NCBI GenBank assembly: GCA_051362555.1
Contig: CM120645.1
Coordinates: 23,340,934 to 23,404,933 of the forward strand
Direction: 5' to 3'
DNA: 64,000 bases
Source: Lingula anatina
Taxonomy: Eukaryota; Animalia; Brachiopoda
Shown here: positions 25,587-37,327 of the stretch, in pieces
Layout of the letters: the number at the start of each line of letters is the position of its first letter
Numbering within the stretch: the first letter of the stretch is position 1
Notes under the pieces: model-generated
The model's database searches: none
Told to the model about the DNA's origin: nothing
The model's input: the letters and a program-made list of their open reading frames with translations, nothing else
Program-made: the position numbers and the translations under genes

Positions 25587-26156
25587 GGGGATTTTTCCTG
25601 TTACTAATAATAGATCATGCAAATATAGCCAGGGAATTCCCGTTTGTGAGATTTAACAGACGTGCGGATTTTCCATGCTGCAGATGTGTGACAAGTGGAG
25701 CCAGGTGAAGTGGTACGTATATTGACTGGCAAAGATACATGTATTTTGCTAGGGGGGGGGGGGCACAAAGATTTACTTTTTTTATAGAAAATTGCCTGCA
25801 GTCTGTTTTTGCTTCTTACGCTTTCAAAGATTTTTTCATCATTTTTTCTTTTGAAATTATAAATTAAAGGTACACTCCATTGGTCTGAAAATTCCCCATA
25901 TGTTTATTTTGCCATCTAGAGCGCCTTATTAGAACCTTACATACACCTTAAAAACAATTTGACCCCTTAAATACTTCTTTCTGGAGCGCACTTGATGTTG
26001 ATTTTTACATAGGAGCATACAGGGTGATGGTCGCTGTTATAATGACTGGCCAACCATTTTAAACGAATTCAATTAACGGCGGAATCCAAGTTCAGAGAAG
26101 GATAGATAAATGAAACACGGGTATTAGAAAATTGTTTATTTCCTCGGGAAAATCCC
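25587..26156. promoter_or_regulatory. Duplicated NF-kB-like site cluster upstream of paralogue 2
   Basis: The same four motifs at 25587-25598, 25632-25641, 25887-25897 and 26146-26156. Confidence 0.6.
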
Positions 26157-26893
26157 ATGGAGTTGACTTTAAACGACGTGGCCACATGCAGAAAAAAAAA
26201 GATTTAATCTAATTGAGACAAGTGTCGGAAACCAGTATACGGAATGAGACAGTGGCAGCCAACAGAAAACTTTTAATTGAAGCATATTTTACTTAAATTC
26301 AAATTACAGAACGATCAATTTTTTTTTAATATTTACATTATAAAATATATAAAAATAAAATATTAGGACAAGCAATGAAAAATATAGCTTTAATGCCAAA
26401 TTCAAGTAAATACAATGGCACAATATTTTTCCACTGTAGTAAAAAAAATGCTTGCAGTAAATCACAAGGAGCACCATTCACATGACCCTACAATTATACA
26501 TCTTTTCTGCGTCCTTTTAGCAACCATGAAAACTGGCATCGATGTGGTCGTAGAAAGGAGGCACAAGCATTGTTTTGGTTGCATAATGAATGCTCAATGA
26601 TCAGCCAGTTGTTGGCGGGTAAAGTTTTTACTCTCAAACGGGGCCGTACTACGAAGCGAGAAAGGACGTCATCCAGAGTAAATAAAGGGGGCCTAGGACA
26701 GTACCTGTGCTATACTTCATGAACACAACTGGGGTGAAGAAATCAAGATATGCAGTAAGTGCAAATATCATTTTAAGAATACTGTCTGTTAAAGAGACAG
26801 AATGTCAAAATTACCAACAGACTCACCATATTTATGTCTTAGGATTTTAACCCCTTTGTAAATCACAAACTGTACTTCACTACTACGTCTCCG

Positions 26894-26935
<42 letters not shown>

Positions 26936-27301
26936 AAGACATATGCAAGTTTTCCATCTTAATTCCATACAGCTTTTTATATTTATCAATAAACATATTT
27001 TTCTCATTTGCATTTTGCTTAGATTAAAAAATTTGACAAATAATAACAAAAATTATGAGATCCAACCTATTACTAATTACTATTACTAAACAACAAGATG
27101 AGTTTTTAAAAAGGAAGAGGTACAAACTCCTCACCAGGCACTATCAGTACTGACCCCAACTTAATATAATAATTTAAAAAAAAATCTAACACTACCATAA
27201 CCTTCAAAAATCAAATACAAGAACTTTGACTGGGTTTTTAAAATGGTTTATAAAATGTTTACGTGTAGCATTCATAATATCTTCAATAATATAAAAATCG
27301 C

Positions 27302-27530
27302 CTAGAAAAGCACCTGGAGAATGTTGGCCTCCGCCAAGGAAGCTCAATTCTCATTTTTATTAACTGACTAATTAATCGGTGTGTAGATCACCACCAGTTT
27401 CTAAATCTTTGCTACTTGTACATTTCCAAGTTTCAGAAACTTTCAACAAAATCCTTACATAACTATTTCCATAATGTTGATTACAGACAGACAAATGGAA
27501 CAACAAACATAAGCTCCTTGGGAGAGGTAA
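27302..27530 (-). mobile_element. Short Helitron/Helentron-like repeat (same family as 32632-33060)
   Basis: Reverse complement of the ttacctc..ccaaggag start and the gccttggc..gtgcttttctag end seen at 32632-33060. Confidence 0.45.
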
Positions 27531-27755
27531 TTATTAATCACCAAACACTTTTCAAGTGTTAAAACATCTAAAATATCAACAATTACATGAAGTTTGAAAA
27601 AATGACAACAATAAAAAAAAACAGCCTTTGATTTGCATGATAAAAATTAAGCAGCCATATTTGTTACAAGCTGACTCTCTCCTCAGAACAAGAACTTGGT
27701 TAGGGAAGAATTTTATCTTGTCTCCATCCTGTTTACTGACCATGCTTAAAGTTTT

Positions 27756-30700
27756 TTATTTCAGAAACAAGTACTCTGCCACACCTGGGGGAAGCACCTC
27801 ATCTGCAACTTTTCGAGAGGCTTTTTCATGACATGACTGCTGTGATGAGAAATTTGACGAAAAAGTTAACTGACCGCCATCTTTCCTCTGCTTCTGCCTG
27901 CGCTTGAAAATCACTGCATAACGCTCACACACGTGTTCAAAAAAGGTGATATTTCTATCCAGGTTCCCAGCCTGAAAAGCCTTGATGACATCTTGGACCA
28001 CACCGAATAAATCAGGATTGTGGTACTCTATTGAACGGTACAGGGCTTCGTCCAGTGGGCAGAGCAAGGTTTTGACTTTTTTGGCATGTGTTTCAAACTT
28101 CTTTTTTTCTTTCAAGGTCAGGTAGCTCTTTTCATACAGGTGGTCGATGGTGTCTTTTAAACTGAATGGGCAAAGATTTCCTCGGAAAAGACTTTTAAAT
28201 CCTTGAAACTTTCTTGGGGACTCGACGTGAACTGGTTCTGAAATATAAAATAAATTGTCAGTAATCATGAAATCAAGTAAATATCATTACACTGTACCAG
28301 CAAATACAAAACTGCAGTCTGTGTGAATTTCAATTGTTAAAACACAATAAGTCATCTTGTGGAATAATATACAGCAATGCCTTTCAGAAGATATGATAAA
28401 GGAAGAATTATTGTCTAATGTTAAAAGTACTACAAGAAAAATTCCAAAATTGACTTGAACACCTCACAATCTTTCTACTGAATTTACTTGTGCGAACAAA
28501 CAAAATACCTTTGTTCTTGACAGGGCAGCTCTGACTTCTTGCTTTTGTTTCCTTATTTTTTCTACCAAAAAGTTTCAAGAAGCAATTCTTTGGCCTGGTT
28601 ATGCTGTTTCCTCGCTCCGACCAGGTACAGAGCACATCAGCACCTACTGGGAAATCTGATAAATCCTCGGGACTTACAAGAACAAATTCCTCTTCTTGGT
28701 CGAAACCCTTGTCTCCACTGGACAAATCATGATTAGACTCAGTCTCTTTCCTACAACAAGGGTCTAATTCATTGTAACCATCTGAAGCAGCTGGCAGATG
28801 ATCTGAAACCTCTCGGACATTCTTCGTCACATAGTCATCGCTGGTGTTAAAGCTCCAGCTCTTTTGGTTCTTCATGGCTGACAAAATTTTACGCTTTAAA
28901 ACCATCGCAACTTCACCTTCTGCACAGTTGAAACTTGTGACCTCAGCATGATAATCACTGTCAACTTCACTTTCACCCAAGTCCAACTGACAACTCTTAT
29001 TGTCCATTCTAACTTCACCTATTATTGTGTAGCTTCCACTTTGCCTCCAACTGAGCTCAGTTGCTGAGGTACTACTTTTACTTGCTTGCTCTGATTCAAC
29101 AACTTCCACTGTTAAATTTCCACCATTTGTTTTGCCTTTTATTTTCTCTGGAGAAGTTCTCCCGTATGCATCTCTGACCTGCATAGATAATTTTTTGTCT
29201 AAGTCTGGGGCTTTTATTTCAATTTGATTGGTCTCACTTGCTAAGCCATGCTCGCTGTCTAATATATGAGCCCCTGTCCCAGCTTTACTGCATTTTGTCT
29301 TGGTCCCTGTGGCAGTCTCACCATCACTTCTACTTGTGTCTATAATTGACATGTTGCTGTGTGACCTGGCCCCTGTGAACACTGTGCCATTTGGAAAGCT
29401 TGTCTTGGCCCCAGCCGAAGAAGTCTGTCTTGCTTTCTCAACATGAACGTTGGCCTTGTAGGATGACTCCGGGTCTGGAGCCAGCCGACACTCACCAAAC
29501 TGTGGTTCTGTACTATCTTCTGGTATGGCACCACAGTGTGCCTCGCAGTCCACATCTTGAGGTTCCTTGCCCACCGTTTCTGTGACACCCACACCTCTAA
29601 CACCAAGAACATCTCTCTCACTGTTCTCCCTTCCCTGTGTGTTGCCCTTTGAAATTGTGGCAGAGTTACCAGGAACACCTGGTGCATTTCCGACAGACTT
29701 ACACCCCTCAAATTCTGGCACAAATTTTGAAGAGCCCATCGGGTCACATAGACAGGTACCCTCTTGAAATCCAGCTGCTGTTTCCTCATTAGGGTCCCCT
29801 GACTTGGAGAACTGATGCACATTTTTAGGAACACCCAATATGTTTTTCATTGTGTCATGTGGAATCTTGTTTTTCCCTGCGGAATCTTGACGAAGGTGAT
29901 GAACATTTGACAGGTTTGGATGTGTTGTGAGCTGGACGAGTTCTTCCCACGTGGCATCCTCAGATTCATCTTGAACTTTGCACCCACTGTTAACGACAGG
30001 TGGCTGTATGCACTGCTGTTGATCTGTGGTCCCTGTGCAAATGTAATAGTGGCAAAAACTGTGATGCTTGAAAATCCAAGAATTTTTGTAAAACTATGTT
30101 TACACATTCCGTGGTTTTGAAGCATGCATCCACAAAAACAGAGGGGATAAATTTTTCAATAATAAAAATAGTCTTAAAATACCAATCTTAAATATATTAA
30201 ATATAATAAAGTTATTACATGTTTGTGAGGTTAAATATTCTTCTAAAGAAATTATTTGAATACAATCAACATACTTACAATGATTTTGCTTAGGGGAAAT
30301 AATATTTGCACTGTGAGCAGTGGACGTAGTTATTTCCTGGGTTTCCTGTAGTAGAAATGCTTGGTTAAGAACCAAATTTAAAATCAACAGAGAGTGAGAG
30401 TGAGATATCTAATTATGGGTAAACTAATAATTAATCTGATTTTTACTCAGCACAGGTAACTGGGCATTGGATACATACAAAAATGTGAAATATGCAACTT
30501 GTGAATTTTCCCATTTTAGCATACAGGCATGTCTTGGGGGACATTTAGAACAGCAGGCTAACAGATCCGCAGATCAAATATAGCAACCCACTAAAAAACT
30601 TGCTGCTTTATTCCCAATTAGACACTGAACAGATTCCCTGTGGGAATTATGCAACAAACATTCAAGTCAGTCAGCCATATCTGATCTGCAGATCTGTTAG

Positions 30701-32142
30701 TCCGCTGTACTGAATGGGCACTTGGATGATTTCCAGAACACAAACATAAATCTGCCTACCTTTTCTGTGTTCGTGTCATCATCATAAAGATGTTCCTCTG
30801 CCAGGTGGGACACATACTTTGCCACGGTCAGCAACTGACCACAGTATGGACACAGTGCCAGACGCTGGTGACATTTGTCTCTCCTGTGGTTACCCAGTTC
30901 AAGTCTGAAGTACAAGAAAGATTTACATAATAAACTTATAATGGATTCCAACATTCAAGGACTTAAATTGTCCTGAATAAGACATATTTGATATTTTCTT
31001 CAAGATGAGCAATTTAGACAGATTTTACAATTATGAAATTAAAAAAAAAAAAGTGTGTGTGCGTGTATAAAGTTGGTAAGACTATTTCAACAGTAATGAG
31101 ATGAAGATTAACTGTCTCAACTACATTGTAGCTTTTCCCTTGTGCTTGTTAATGCAAATCATAACCATGAATTTATTTTTTATTTCAGAAGAAACATATG
31201 ACGTAAAACCCTCACCTGTCTACCATCTTCTTACACAGCACACACTTCACATTTCTAGCAGGACAGACAGCCTCGTGATGACGCATAAATTCCAACTTCG
31301 GCACCAAGGCTCCGCATGCGCACTGCACATCTGCACAACTGCACACACGCACATGTTCAACAAGTTCATTACGCCGAAGACGCTCCTGTTTGAAAATGCA
31401 CCCATCAAAAGGACAAGGGAGGGGGGTGAAATGGCAAGAGGTCAGGTGACGTGGTAAGTGGGACTTTTGAACAATTTCCCCACAGTTTGGATTCGGGCAG
31501 AGGGTGGGGGAAAATGTCAAGTTTCTCGTTGTTATCTCATATAAACTGTCACTCAGGCAATCAGAGCTCTTCTCATTATTGTCTATGTTCAAAGCGCTTT
31601 TCGCTATAGACCGTATTGCCATGGCAACAGCCTTGATGTGTTCTGCGATAATACATGGCACCTTCTGAATATGCCTGAACCTTCTCTCATTTCGAATTTT
31701 CCTTGTGCATTTGGGAACCTGTCTAAAACTGGCTCCAGAGACTCTGCACTGAAAGCTGGAACTTTTCGCTTTTACAACGGCAGTTTCTTGCAGATAACAT
31801 CTGTTTCTAGTCCCATTTCCACTGAACGAGGCTGAGAATGGACATTTGTTGACGTGACTGCTCAGATTGTGCCGCTGCACCTGCACTGGGCACCGGACAC
31901 CGGGGCATTTGACCAGCTGGTACGGACACTGCCTCAGGTGAAAACATATCTCCTTGGCCTTACAGGTGTGGGAACAGGGGTGGTTGGCACACCGTACGGG
32001 GGTGTTGGCCCCCTTCTGGTACTGTCTTTGTATGGAATACTTCTCTGCCAGTGCCTGTCTGGCCTTCCTCTGGTACTTGCAGCCTGAAGGCAGGTAATAT
32101 AATATACTGTAAAGATCTGTTCTCTATTCTATTCTATTCTAT

Positions 32143-32193
<51 letters not shown>

Positions 32194-33982
32194 TTAGTTG
32201 TATAACCACTGGGAGTCAAGGGCCACATTGAAATCAATACGAAAAAAAATATCATGTTTGAAAATATGAAAGACTAAGCTCAGCTGCAATACTTACATAG
32301 CACCTTGGCCAAAACCTTCATCCCACCATAGACATTTGAAAGGCATCCCATCCCTCGTCTCCTCCTTATAACTGAAAAGGACAGATGTGATTATTTTTTA
32401 CTGCAATTGCTGTTTGATTTATCAATTACCTGAACCAAATTGGGATTGTGTTATTTCCTTTGGTAGTTAACAGCTGAACTCAAAAAGCCATACACAGACT
32501 TCATTAAATTTTTATAATTTTATAATATTAGAAAAAAGGCTAACTTTTAGATTTTGGTAATGGTACATTTATTAACAATGAGAACTACGCTGCCTTGGTG
32601 GAGATCTGTGCACTCTGAATGCTTTTCAAGTTACCTCCGCCAAGGAGGTTATGTTGTCACCCCTGTTTGTTTGTTTGTTTGTATGTCTGTTTGTCATCAA
32701 CATAACTAAAAAAATTATGGATGAATTTCAATGGAATTTTCAGTGTAGGTCAGAAAAGGGTTAACTTAGAAGTGATTAGTTTTTGGTGGTGATCTGGATC
32801 AATAATCAATCAATATTCAATAATCAAAAATAAAAAACTACGTTATGGATCGATTTTGATGAAATTTTCAGGAACTGTCAGGAGTGGGCCAAGGAACAGA
32901 TGATTGGTTTCTGGTGGTGATCCAGATCAATAATCAATCAAAAATCAATAATGAAAAATAAAAAAAAAACTAAATCATAGAATGAAAATTTAGGGGTGAA
33001 ATGGCATTGGGTGGAGACTTTGCTGCCTTGGCAGAGGTCTGCGCTCTCAGTGCTTTTCTAGTTAAATTTGTAGAACCAGTGCCACAACAGCTATAATCTT
33101 ACTGTTACCATGCACATTATTCCAAGTTTATGAACTTCGTATAATTAGGCTGTGTTCACATGGAAAATCTAATTTCTAAAGATCTAAAAATCTATTTGCG
33201 TTATCTTGTGATCACAGTCTGTGCCCTGAATACCCCGCAGTGTAATTACTGGCAGCGCGGAGAAGTAATTACAGCTTAAAAAGTAATTGGCTCGTGCTGC
33301 CCGTAATTACTCCGTGGGGTATTCAGGGCACAGACTGTGATCACAAGATACCGCAAATAGATTTTTTAGAAAATAGATATTCCATGTGAACGGTCCCTTA
33401 ATCATCAACTTAAAAAAAATTTTTTTGGGAAAATGATTTATATAAAAATGCCAGAAAACACCAACATTTTTGAATTTTTTAAGATTTTCCACATATTAGG
33501 CATCTCTCTCTCTCTCTCTCTTTCTCTTTCTCTCTCTTAAACACTCACTTACATCTTGGGTTAGCCAGACATCTTATCAAAGCCTTCACAGCGCTGGTCA
33601 CATCCTTCCCAGGAAGCACATAGCAGTGCCGTAGCTCCCTTGGTATTCTACAAGGCCTCAACTGAGCACATATCACTCTGTTGGCACCCTTTATATACAG
33701 GACTTGGTCTGTCTGGTAACGACAGTATCCGTCCCCGAGGTACTGAGGACTCAAACAAACCACCGCATGTTTGGCACTGAAAATAGAGTCCGTGCAGAAG
33801 GAAAACCTGTTGGCCCCTGCTCGACACTGACCGGTGCGGACATGCTTGTACCCCAGGGCTGTGAGGATGGAGAGGACACACCGCAGGAAGGATTCTTCCT
33901 CTTCATGGTGAGCAAAGAAGGCGTGGTGGGTGTGTCTTGGTAGTGGTGGGGGTGGCGGCATATCCTGTGAATACGATGCCAT
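27756..33982 (-). CDS. TIR - TRAF-type Zn-finger - linker - CARD-like protein, divergent paralogue 3 (~1196 aa)
   Basis: Exons 33982-33553, 32371-32297, 32083-31216, 30904-30760, 30345-30279, 30032-28509 and 28237-27756, with the same intron phases (1,1,2,0,1,1). Conserved motifs: HHAFFAHHEEEE, VVCLSPQY, ELVEHV..C and LCPF.L.D..D.L...ALYR.IE..N..LFG..Q.V...F.AG. The linker is non-repetitive. Confidence 0.78.
32632..33060 (+). mobile_element. Non-autonomous Helitron/Helentron-like repeat
   Basis: Starts ttacctccgccaaggagg, contains (TTTG)n, and ends with the inverted gccttggcagagg plus a short hairpin and CTAG. Confidence 0.5.
33148..33397. mobile_element. Palindromic MITE (Harbinger-like, TTA flanks)
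   Basis: ggctgtgttcacatggaa ... ttccatgtgaacggtccc, with a long internal inverted repeat (atcttgtgatcacagtctgtgccctgaataccc and its reverse complement). Confidence 0.75.
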
Positions 33983-36900
33983 TACTGTGTCTTAGTGGTC
34001 TTCACAGTTACAAATCACTGTATCCGTGTCATACCGGATATAATCCATGACGTCACAATCTATATTCATATAAAACCAAGTGTCCAAGTCATACTGTACC
34101 CAGGTCATAGTAGATATCCATTTCACATTATGTATCCATATTAAACCAGATATGGTACCATAGGTCTTTGCTGAAGAATAATATACCAGTTAGGTACACC
34201 TGAAAAATTAAGTCAAAGGCATAAAAATAATCATAGAGCTAACTTTTTCTTCATAATACCCGTGTCCTATTTTCACTGAAAATGATGATTTATAAACATC
34301 GTCACCAAAATACCAAGCAGAAATATTGTAATTTAAGAAAACAGGAAAACAGCCTATTACTCACTGATGTCAGTTACTAGTATTCCTACTTCCCCATTTT
34401 CTAGGAACAATGAGTGCTGTTAATCAGCATGAGGCACCTTATCTGAGGACACGACAAGATAACCCCAATCCCCCTCCTAATTCCTGTCTGCCAAAAAATA
34501 GGTTGTCTGGTGATTAGCAAGAATGGAAAGCAGCAAATTTGGAGTTTGTCCTGCAAAATTTGTACCTTAATAAAACCAATACTCAGATAACACAAACGAA
34601 TCAAGAAATAACTTGTTTTGGGGTAGTAAAAAAGAATGGTTTGAGATGTGAAAGATTTAAACGTCAGGCTTGCAGTGTACACAGCCTTACAAATATGGCT
34701 GATTGCACACTGAAAAAAATATGCCATCAATCATTTTAACTACTTAGTCATCATGTCTCTAAAATTTTTCTTTAGCACTTCAAATAATTATTTTGGAGTC
34801 CCTTTGAAAAAATTGATTTGAACCAAGAGATGTGATTTGACAGTTAACAATAGAGTAAACACAAGAGATGTACCTAGTACGGCAAAGTACATATTTTGGC
34901 AGGACACATCCGACAATCAGTAATCTAGTTTAATTTTCTGAACCCTTATATAAACAGGAAGGTTGACTTAATGAGGTTGTGAATGGGGAAGTAAAGAAAT
35001 TTTCTGCAAAAGGATATAAGTTATATACCACCTGTGACTTTTTATATACATTTTGAACATTAAATGGCTCTTTTTTATGGCAAAATGCAAGTATAATGAC
35101 TTTCTTTAACTTGTATTTTACATCAATAAGTCTACAGAATATATTTGGATTTTAAACAATATCATAATATTAATAATGATATTATTGCCTCTGCTGAGAG
35201 CCAGGTTATGTTTTTTGGCTTTGTTTTAACAAATTAAAATTAACAACTTAACTTTAAAAGTTATGGACCTTAGTAATTAATATTTTCAATGACTGACTGC
35301 CACTGGATGGACTTGTGACTATGTGTCTCCCTCTGGGTCAGAATGAAATGGGGCTGATCCTGATCTAGGACATACTACTCTTTCATAAACGGGATGTGCT
35401 GTCTCATCGCTTGGCAGCAGGGGAAAAAACTGGCAGTGAAAGATATTATTTTTGTGATAGTTTTCAATGCCTCATGTGACAGGGGTTATCTCTTCATCAA
35501 TGTTGTTCTCCCAGTTACCCTTTTTTCAAAATTATGATATTATCTGCATGGATACACTATCTGCCTGTTTACTCTCTTACATCAACCTCCCCCCTCCCCT
35601 ACCCCATATCTTCACTCTTCCTCGTTGGTATTTGAATTAAAATAAAAAAAACTGTCATTCTCAGGTTCCAGTATAAGCAGCAAGGTTTTTAAGCAACATA
35701 TGTATTATGGTAAAAAAAATTTTCACTTAGAAATTAAATATTAGGTGTTTAGCTTTTCAAAATTATCAACAGGCTAATTTTCAAGTATGACCAAATTTTC
35801 AAAGTAAAAAAAATATATATGTCGAGAAAGAATGGTCTTCTGACAAAATTTTCATTACTAACTATATTTTCAAGTTTTTACTGTATGTAGTTAAACCATG
35901 AGTCAGACGGGTTGTACAGTATTCTCTGTAATAATGTTTACAACTACATAGTCTAAGTCAGGACCAAAACACACTACTTTTTATTGTATGCCCAGGCATG
36001 TCTGCATTATATCTGAATAAATTAAATGCCTGGCTGCCTGTAAAATTTAATACCTACATGTAAGGCTGAAAAAGCAACAAATAACTTTGCTTTTTTTGTA
36101 CAGTACCTCTGCATTATATAATACTGGCACTAATCTAATAGGATTATTTCTTTTAAAAAACTATATTCAACTAACACTGCCAACAAGAAATAACATTTAA
36201 TTATAATGTATAGTAGTTTAATTAGCAACATGTGTTTCGGGTATCTGCTCAGGCATGTTATTATCTGGAATAAAGCGGATGCATGTAACTTTTTCACCAA
36301 TAACCAAAGAAAGGGACTAGCTTATTATTCAATTTAAAAACTAAGTCATGTTTGTGACAAAAACTGAGAAAGAACTAGATTTGACAAATTATTTAATTAT
36401 CAATTACATGTTTCTGAAATACAATTAATTACATTAATTACCCCCTAGTAGCTTGAGTAGGCGTGCCAGACATTTGAGCCATTTACACTGAATGCAATTT
36501 AGAGAGAATCACCCACCCCCCCCAGAGTTAGATCGACGACGAGTTTATGTGGACGCTCCCATACAACAAGTTACAGTAAAAATGAGATTTAAAAAGGTAA
36601 ATCAAAGCACTAGTATCAGACTATATATCGAGAATATAAAAGGTGAGCAGCTGTGTTATTTTTAAATTTTTAAATAAATGAAACATAAAAGAGAAAGAAA
36701 CATTACCGCTAAGTCAACGGATGCTGTGGTAACATAACTACTGCAGTAGTAGTGTGACTAAGGTTTGTTTGCCAACTTTCCCATTACACGGAAGTTGGCA
36801 CGAGGAGAATCTAGTTCTTACCGAGCAAAAACAAAAAACATTTGCCTTAATTTTAAAAATTATTACAAAAATAAGTTGATTTTAATGTTACAAATGTCTT

Positions 36901-37069
36901 ATCAAAATATATGATCAATAAAAAATAGTTTACCGGGATTTATGAAATAAATTTAAAACTCACACTCTGCAGTTAGTAGTTTTGCCTGTCCTCCAGCACG
37001 TTTGTTTTTCATGGAATCATCCAATGAAACGGATTCATTTTCTTCTCTGCTGAACGACTTAAAACACCA

Positions 37070-37088
37070 ACTTCCGCTACTTCCGGCG
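37070..37088. promoter_or_regulatory. Tandem ETS/GABP-like sites in the GNL3 proximal promoter
   Basis: acttccgctacttccggcg about 250 nt upstream of the ATG; typical of ribosome-biogenesis gene promoters. Confidence 0.4.
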
Positions 37089-37327
37089 AAAGAAACGTGA
37101 GCGAGAGATACACGTTGTAACAACAGAAACATACATCGTGAGAAATATACCGGGATTTAATCTCGTCGGTACTCGGTTTTGATGATTTTGCATAAAAAAA
37201 AGAAAATACGAAAATCATTAAGGAAGTTGTGAGAGAATCGCTGAGTTAAGAACGCCGAGAGGCTACTTGATTTTTTTCTGTGCTGATGTTGAAGCGTTTC
37301 ACAAAGTGACAAACACAAGCTTTCAGC

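Noticed and set aside
29340-30125. Overlapping ORFs suggesting a frameshift in paralogue 3
   Set aside because: The 28408-29850 frame is open up to the acceptor at 30032, so the exon is intact; the other ORFs are alternative frames.
33543-33553. Tandem donor GTAAGTGAGT after the TIR exon of paralogue 3 as a frame switch
   Set aside because: The first donor (GTAAGT, phase 1) keeps the frame through exons 2-3 and matches the paralogues; there is no evidence the second is used.
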